Virus record (IMG/VR): IMGVR_UViG_2671180609_000024
DNA from: a virus
Taxonomy: Duplodnaviria > Heunggongvirae > Uroviricota > Caudoviricetes
Direction: 5' to 3' (one strand)
Length of the DNA stretch: 22,105 bases
Positions within the stretch are counted from its first letter, which is position 1; every line of letters begins with the position of its first letter. Below, one piece after another: positions 16,772 to 22,105 of this stretch. Under the pieces are notes generated by a model. That model was given only the letters and a program-made list of their open reading frames with translations. It searched no databases and was not told the origin of the DNA. The position numbers and the translations under genes are program-made.

Positions 16772-17094
16772 TGATATGCTGTGAATCTCTTCTGGCACTT
16801 CGTGCCGCTCTGTATCGCCGTGCCGTTGCCTGTGCCTGGCTGGCTCTAAGCAATCATCAGGAACGTTATTCCGGCCTGACGCTCGCTGAACTTGAAGATG
16901 CCATAGCCCGCGAGCTGGAAGGGTTCTATCTGCGCCAGCATGGGCAGCAAAGAGGGCTGGAAATTGCCTGCGCGTTGCTTTCGGATCTGATGGAGTCGGG
17001 GCCGCTTAAAGCCTGTCCGGTTCTCTCACTGCTCGGAATGACGGTCATGGATGAACTTTGTTCCCGTCACCTCAACAAACCAGCGCTGCACTAA
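16771..17094 (+). CDS. Hypothetical protein of the P4-like early operon (107 aa)
   Basis: SD GGAGGTGG upstream; start overlaps the previous stop; ends 13 nt before the alpha start. Confidence 0.55.
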   Translation: MICCESLLALRAALYRRAVACAWLALSNHQERYSGLTLAELEDAIARELEGFYLRQHGQQRGLEIACALLSDLMESGPLKACPVLSLLGMTVMDELCSRHLNKPALH

Positions 17095-17107
17095 GGAGGG
17101 CCGCACA

Positions 17108-19441
17108 ATGTCAGGAATGAAAGTTAGCCAGGCTGAGAAAGCAGCTCGGGGTCACTGGTCAAGAATTTTACCTGCGCTGGGCGTAAATGTACTGAAAAAT
17201 CGGCACCAGCCCTGCCCGGTCTGTGCCGGGAAAGACCGCTTTCGATTTGATGACCAGGAAGGGCGGGGAACGTGGTTCTGTAACCAGTGCGGGGCAGGTG
17301 ATGGCCTGGCGCTTGTAAGTAAAGTACTGGATGTAGGCATTAGTGAAGCGGCAGACAGAATAAACGGCATTATCGGAAACCTGCTGCCAGTATCTCAGGG
17401 AATGCTTGAATCTGGTTCTCCTGAAAAAGAGGACGGGAGAAAAGCTGCAGCAGTGCTGGCTGCCCGTTTGTTTGATAAGTCCCGCCAGACCACTGGCAAT
17501 GCCTATCTGACGAGTAAAGGGTTTCCTGCACTGCCTTGCCGGGAATTAACCGCTATGCATAAAGTCGGTGGTGTGGCATTTCGCGCGGGAGATCTTGTCG
17601 TTCCATTGTATGCAGATGGAGAGCTGGTAAATCTGCAGTTAATCAACGCTAATGGGGGCAAATGCTTCCTTAAAGGCGGTCAGGTTAAGAATGCCTTTTA
17701 CCTGGTTGAAGGTACTGCCAAAGCAGCCAAACGGCTCTGGATAGCGGAAGGATATGCCACCGCACTTACTATCAACTATCTGACTGGCGATGCTGTCATG
17801 GTGGCCTTTTCGTCCGTCAATTTCCTTTCCCTGGCGAGCATTGCCTGCAGTGAGTACCCAACGCACCAGATAATTATTGCTGCTGACCGCGATCTCAACG
17901 GTGCGGGGCAAACAAGGGGCGCAGCTGTTACCGGGGCCTGCAATTGCACAATGGCGCTCCCGCCTGTGTTTGGTGACTGGAACGATGCATTCACGCAAAA
18001 CGGCGAAGAAGCCACCCGGCATGCAATTCATGAAGTAATAAAACCAGCTGTTGCCAGCCCCTTCGACACAATGAGCGAAGCTGAATTTACCGCGCTGAGC
18101 GTCAGCGAAAAAGCGCAGAGGGTAGTGGATCACTATAAAAATTCACTGGCAGTAGACCCGAACGGGCAGCTCCTTTCACGCTATGAGGCGGGGGCCTGGA
18201 AAGTTATCTATTACGCCGATTTTGCCCGTGATGTCGCTGCGCTGTTTCAGCGCCTCGACGCACCTTTTTCATCCGCGAAAATTGCGTCTCTCGTGGAAAC
18301 CCTCAAACTGATCGTTCCGCAACAGCAGAATCCGGCGCGGCAACTTATCGGATTTCGCAACGGTGTGCTCGATACCCGGACAGGATTGTTCAGCCCGCAC
18401 GATAAGAAGCACTGGTTACGTACGCTGTGCGAGGTGGATTACACGCAGCCCGTTGACGGTGAGTCACTGGAAACCCATGCCCCGGCATTCTGGCGCTGGC
18501 TGGATCGTGCCGCAGGTTTTAATCCTGAAAAACGGGACATTATTCTGGCTGCATTGTTTATGGTGCTGGCTAACCGTTATGACTGGCAGCTGTTTCTGGA
18601 GGTCACTGGCCCTGGCGGAAGTGGAAAGAGTATTCTTGCTGAAATAGCAACCATGCTGGCGGGTGAAGATAACGCGACCTCGGCAACCATTGAAATGCTT
18701 GAGTCGCCAAGAGAACGAGCTGCGTTAATAGGTTTTTCACTGATTCGACTTCCCGACCAGGAAAAGTGGAGCGGTGACGGGGCCGGACTAAAAGCCATCA
18801 CTGGCGGCGATGCGGTATCCGTTGATCCCAAATATCAGAACGCCTATTCAACCCACATCCCGGCGGTCATCCTGGCTGTGAACAATAATCCGATGCGCTT
18901 CACTGATCGTAGTGGTGGAGTTTCACGCCGAAGGGTGATCCTGCATTTCCCCGACCAGATAGCCCCGGAGGAACGCGATACCCAGCTCAAAGAGAAAATT
19001 GCCAGTGAGCTAGCGGTGATTGTTCGCCAGCTTATGCAGCGTTTCAGCGACCCAATGAGTGCCAGGACATTGCTTCAGTCACAGCAGAACTCCGATGAAG
19101 CGCTCACCATCAAACGTGATGCTGATTCAGCTTTTGATTTTTGCGGCTACCTTGAGGTCCTACCTGACACCACGGGCATGTTTATGGGGAACGCTAATAT
19201 TGTTCCACGTCAGCCTCGAACTTACCTCTACCATGCCTATCTGGTCTACATGGAGGCTAACGGCTATAAAAATACGCTCAGTCTGACCATGTTTGGCAAG
19301 GGGCTACCGTTAATGCTCAAGGAATATGGGCTGCAGTATGAGAAACGACGGACCAATCAAGGAATGCAGACTAATCTGGCCCTAAGAGAGGAAAGCAATG
19401 CTGACTGGTTGCCAAAATGCGATGAGTTTGCAGCGAAATAA
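17108..19441 (+). CDS. P4 alpha-like bifunctional primase-helicase (777 aa)
   Basis: SD AAGGAGGG before the ATG at 17108. N-terminal zinc-binding primase motif CPVCAGKDRFRFDD...GTWFCNQCGAGDG; central P-loop EVTGPGGSGKSIL (D5-type helicase Walker A). Length equals that of P4 alpha (777 aa). The listed ORF starts 19 codons upstream. Confidence 0.9.
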   Translation: MSGMKVSQAEKAARGHWSRILPALGVNVLKNRHQPCPVCAGKDRFRFDDQEGRGTWFCNQCGAGDGLALVSKVLDVGISEAADRINGIIGNLLPVSQGMLESGSPEKEDGRKAAAVLAARLFDKSRQTTGNAYLTSKGFPALPCRELTAMHKVGGVAFRAGDLVVPLYADGELVNLQLINANGGKCFLKGGQVKNAFYLVEGTAKAAKRLWIAEGYATALTINYLTGDAVMVAFSSVNFLSLASIACSEYPTHQIIIAADRDLNGAGQTRGAAVTGACNCTMALPPVFGDWNDAFTQNGEEATRHAIHEVIKPAVASPFDTMSEAEFTALSVSEKAQRVVDHYKNSLAVDPNGQLLSRYEAGAWKVIYYADFARDVAALFQRLDAPFSSAKIASLVETLKLIVPQQQNPARQLIGFRNGVLDTRTGLFSPHDKKHWLRTLCEVDYTQPVDGESLETHAPAFWRWLDRAAGFNPEKRDIILAALFMVLANRYDWQLFLEVTGPGGSGKSILAEIATMLAGEDNATSATIEMLESPRERAALIGFSLIRLPDQEKWSGDGAGLKAITGGDAVSVDPKYQNAYSTHIPAVILAVNNNPMRFTDRSGGVSRRRVILHFPDQIAPEERDTQLKEKIASELAVIVRQLMQRFSDPMSARTLLQSQQNSDEALTIKRDADSAFDFCGYLEVLPDTTGMFMGNANIVPRQPRTYLYHAYLVYMEANGYKNTLSLTMFGKGLPLMLKEYGLQYEKRRTNQGMQTNLALREESNADWLPKCDEFAAK

Positions 19442-19448
19442 CTGACCT

Positions 19449-19469
19449 AAGACCGGCTGTGCCGGTCTT
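19449..19469. terminator. Perfect palindrome / hairpin (AAGACCGG ... CCGGTCTT) between the convergent alpha and cargo genes; no U-tract
   Basis: AAGACCGGCTGTGCCGGTCTT forms an 8-9 bp stem, 8 nt after the alpha stop. No flanking T-run on either strand, so terminator function is uncertain; it could be a protein-binding palindrome. Confidence 0.35.
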
Positions 19470-19573
19470 AAATCCGCTACAGGAAATTATCTCAAAATAT
19501 ATATCGATAAAATTTAAAAGTTATATGCTAAGGCGTCAGCGGAAAATGCATCTAATTCATTGTTAGATGATGT

Positions 19574-20530
19574 TTATTTTTGAATTGATTTAAACATCCC
19601 ATCGAGTTGTAATTTATTTATGTCGGTTTTCTTTATGGCTTTAATTAAGTTTTCAATAACTTCCAAAGAAAAAATTACATCTTTCTTTTCAATTCTAACC
19701 CCCCCGTGGTGGCTGCAAGCATTAAGGATGTCCTTTGTAATTTCAACATCATTTTTCATTAATGGTTCATAGTCCAGAGCCTCAATAACAGAAACTAAAC
19801 TACCTAGCATTTGCTCTTGGTATTGAACGTTGTTTAAATGCATTATACGAATATTAACAAGCATGAGAATATATTCTAAATATCTCCTGGCAGTATTTCC
19901 TTTCTCTTGTAAAGAATCACGATCATATTCCTCAATACTCATGACTTCATTATGTAAAGAGGCTATTTTGTGCTCTGCTAATGAAATATTTATCGCATCC
20001 ATGAGGTTTCGTGAGAAGCCTGTAGATGTAACATGACCATTTGCGGGCCTTGTTAAAATACATGTAGTATAGCAATTTATATTTGGGGTCTGGATTGTCT
20101 CATTTACTCTTTTAACCGTTCTATAAACGTCTACCATATAAGAACCTGAGTTTTCAAATGAACATGAAGAGCATTTTGTATTATATATTCTATTTAGAGA
20201 TAACTGATTGTGATAGTATCCCTTTAAGAAAGCATATATAGTGTCATTAAACTCGACAAACACAACGGACTCAATATATATATGGAATTTATCATTGGGG
20301 TGCCACTCTAATTCAAGTCTTCTTGTAGAGTCATCAAAGGAAAAGTTTGAAATAAAATCCCAGTTACCTAAATCTATAAAATCAACGATATTTCTACCTG
20401 CACCATGGATATTTTTATTTATTAAAGTTGTGATTGAGTTTTTTATAATGTCCCAATCATGAATTTCATGATCGAATTTATTATTGATGGTTTCTTTTAT
20501 TTGATTGGAAAAGTTTGAATAACTAGTCAC
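19574..20530 (-). CDS. Orphan AT-rich cargo gene, hypothetical protein (318 aa), between alpha and the distal att remnant
   Basis: Long ORF with a GTG start preceded by a GAGG SD; strongly AT-rich, Asn/Ile/Lys-rich composition unlike the flanking P4-like genes. No domain recognised by eye. Confidence 0.6.
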   Translation of the reverse strand: MTSYSNFSNQIKETINNKFDHEIHDWDIIKNSITTLINKNIHGAGRNIVDFIDLGNWDFISNFSFDDSTRRLELEWHPNDKFHIYIESVVFVEFNDTIYAFLKGYYHNQLSLNRIYNTKCSSCSFENSGSYMVDVYRTVKRVNETIQTPNINCYTTCILTRPANGHVTSTGFSRNLMDAINISLAEHKIASLHNEVMSIEEYDRDSLQEKGNTARRYLEYILMLVNIRIMHLNNVQYQEQMLGSLVSVIEALDYEPLMKNDVEITKDILNACSHHGGVRIEKKDVIFSLEVIENLIKAIKKTDINKLQLDGMFKSIQK

Positions 20531-20829
20531 TTGTTAGCCTCAAAATTAATAATGAGTATTAAAATTTAATTGATATTGTCTATAAAATGTAGCGATGCAA
20601 TTTTATTGCAACGAAATGATTTTTACAACATACCATTATCGCTAAACAAAATCGCACCCATCAAATCAACTTACGTTACAATCACTACAAAGCGATTGCA
20701 TTTAAATTCAAAACAGTTTTCTGTTGGGCGCATTTTTTGTTGTACTGGACTAAAGAGAAAAAATGGGGTAAGGAACAAATACCTTCCGTGCTCAAAAATT
20801 AGGTTTTTATGCACTTATTAATCAGTCAA

Positions 20830-20921
20830 GGTGAACAGTAAAGTGTTCACTTCTTATCAATCGTTAATTTCATATCTTTTTGAATATTAATGAAAAAAAA
20901 CACAATGAGTAGTATGAACAG
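20830..20921. repeat. Inverted pair of P4 type-I-iteron-like octamers (GGTGAACA gtaaag TGTTCACT) plus a further inverted copy (ATGAACAG)
   Basis: GGTGAACAGTAAAGTGTTCACT at 20830-20851 (GGTGAACA is the reverse complement of TGTTCACC); ATGAACAG at 20914-20921. Confidence 0.5.
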
Positions 20922-21060
20922 TTTTCCCCCAAAAAAAGTTTTTTCTGCCTTGAGAATGCGCGGAAAGCGAACGCCTTCACCAATGTGTATAGGGGTGTGT
21001 GTAGTTTAAATCTTCTATTTTAATTTATGTATTAAAATCATTGTGTTGGTGGCGATTATT

Positions 21061-21100
21061 GGTTCCTATTATCGCACCATTTAAATCAAGTAGTTACCCC
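21061..21100 (+). repeat. Degenerate third copy of the tRNA-Thr 3' end plus flank (distal att remnant of the array)
   Basis: GGTTCCTATTATCGCACCATTTAAATCAAGTAGTTAC against the tRNA 3' end plus its flank GGTTCGACTCCTATTATCGGCACCATTTAAATCAATAAGTTAC at 1420-1462 (a 5-nt and a 1-nt deletion, two substitutions). Confidence 0.6.
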
Positions 21101-21205
21101 ATATTTAAATACACCACGTTTCCTCCTGTGCCGCATTTGTGCCATTGTAACCCTGGCAATTAATCAAAATACTGTTCTGACATCAGGCAATGCAGGTGCA
21201 GACAT

Positions 21206-22105
21206 TTAAGCCAATTGCTGCCGCCATTCCTTAACGTGGTCAATCAGAGCGCGGAGCTTTGGTGCAATATTGCGACGCTGTGGGAAATACAGATAGAAGC
21301 CCGGAAATTGTGGAAGAAAGTCATCAAGCAGAGATACAAGCTTACCGCTTTCAATATACGGCCTGAAAGTTTCCTGAGTGGCAATTGTTATTCCTCCGCC
21401 GGCAAGAGCCAGCCTCAACATCAGACGCAGATCATTAGTCGTAATCTGCGGTTCAATCGCAAGGTCGAAAGCTCTCCCGTTTTCTTCAAATGGCCAGCGA
21501 TAAGGCGCAACCTCCGGGGACTGACGCCAGCCGATACACTTATGATTCACAAGTTCACGCGGATGAACAGGTGTGCTGTTGGCTGCGAGATAGGAGGGAG
21601 AGGCAACGACCATTTCACGCTGCCTGCCGGTAAGGGGCACAGCAATCATGTCTTTTTCAATGACCTCTCCGAGCCTTACGCCAGCATCGTAACCTGCGGC
21701 CACGATATCGAATTCCTCATCCGTGACAACAATATCAAGCGTAACGGCTGGATTGGCTGCTGCAAACGAAGCGATTAGCGGACCTGAAAGAAATTCTTCA
21801 GCTATTGACGTCACCGCGATTCTGAGAAGTCCGCGTGGCACATGGTCAGAAACCATCTCTTCGAACGCTGCCTCAATACCGGATAAAGGTAATGACAGCG
21901 ATTTATGCAGCCGTTCTCCCGCTTCTGTCAAATTAACTGAGCGCGTGGTCCGCATTACAAGCATTGTCCCGAATGCATCTTCAAGGCGTCTTATTCCCTG
22001 ACTGACCGCTGAACGGGTAACGCCCAGCCGTGCGGCGGCTTTACTAAAATTACTCTCTTCTGCTACCGCGATAAAAATGGGTAAAAGATTAAGATCGATT
22101 TTCAT
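21206..22105 (-). CDS. LysR-family transcriptional regulator (299 aa; start codon at the window edge)
   Basis: N-terminal LysR HTH (MKIDLNLLPIFIAVAEESNFSKAAARLGVTRSAVSQGIRRLEDAFG) and C-terminal substrate-binding domain. Core-genome-like GC. The ATG is the last three bases of the window. Confidence 0.85.
   Translation of the reverse strand: MKIDLNLLPIFIAVAEESNFSKAAARLGVTRSAVSQGIRRLEDAFGTMLVMRTTRSVNLTEAGERLHKSLSLPLSGIEAAFEEMVSDHVPRGLLRIAVTSIAEEFLSGPLIASFAAANPAVTLDIVVTDEEFDIVAAGYDAGVRLGEVIEKDMIAVPLTGRQREMVVASPSYLAANSTPVHPRELVNHKCIGWRQSPEVAPYRWPFEENGRAFDLAIEPQITTNDLRLMLRLALAGGGITIATQETFRPYIESGKLVSLLDDFLPQFPGFYLYFPQRRNIAPKLRALIDHVKEWRQQLA

Noticed and set aside
17152-18831. Minus-strand and out-of-frame ORFs inside alpha (17152..17370, 17639..18133, 17776..18015, 18363..18647, 18577..18831)
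   Set aside because: Embedded in a well-supported 777-aa gene; no independent support.
21215-22001. Plus-strand ORFs antisense to the LysR gene
   Set aside because: Shadow ORFs opposite a well-supported regulator gene.

Overview
The window starts with the 3' part of the proBA region (complete proA) and a full tRNA-Thr gene (thrW-type), followed by a tandem array of two mobile elements delimited by three copies of the tRNA 3' end. Element 1 (about 1452-8147) is a heavily deleted lambdoid remnant: an integrase whose 5' end is fused to the first 20 codons of a lambda-N-like gene, with a lambda-like nutL/PL/OL1-3 region but no cI; an e14/Mu-G-like invertible tail-fibre segment remnant (tfa, tfa', stf' fragment, one crossover site, Pin invertase); a GIY-YIG nuclease-like gene; a 3' fragment of tRNA-Ser; an AT-rich AraC-family regulator; and an IS2-like transposase remnant. 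Element 2 (about 8194-21080) is a P4-like satellite: P4-type integrase, a Psu-like gene with Sid-sized and Ogr/Delta-like neighbours, an AlpA/Vis-like regulator, a 777-aa alpha primase-helicase and iteron-like repeats. Its int-proximal hotspot carries a very AT-rich, translationally coupled six-ORF cassette (9541-12817) encoding a PD-(D/E)xK-like nuclease N-terminus plus an SMC/Rad50-like ABC ATPase split over three ORFs. I read this as a candidate anti-phage defence system with Lamassu-like architecture, apparently carrying two lesions (a homopolymer frameshift and an in-frame stop). A second AT-rich orphan cargo gene sits between alpha and the distal att remnant. The window ends with a LysR-family regulator. 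All calls rest on reading the sequence and remembered family motifs; no database search was run.
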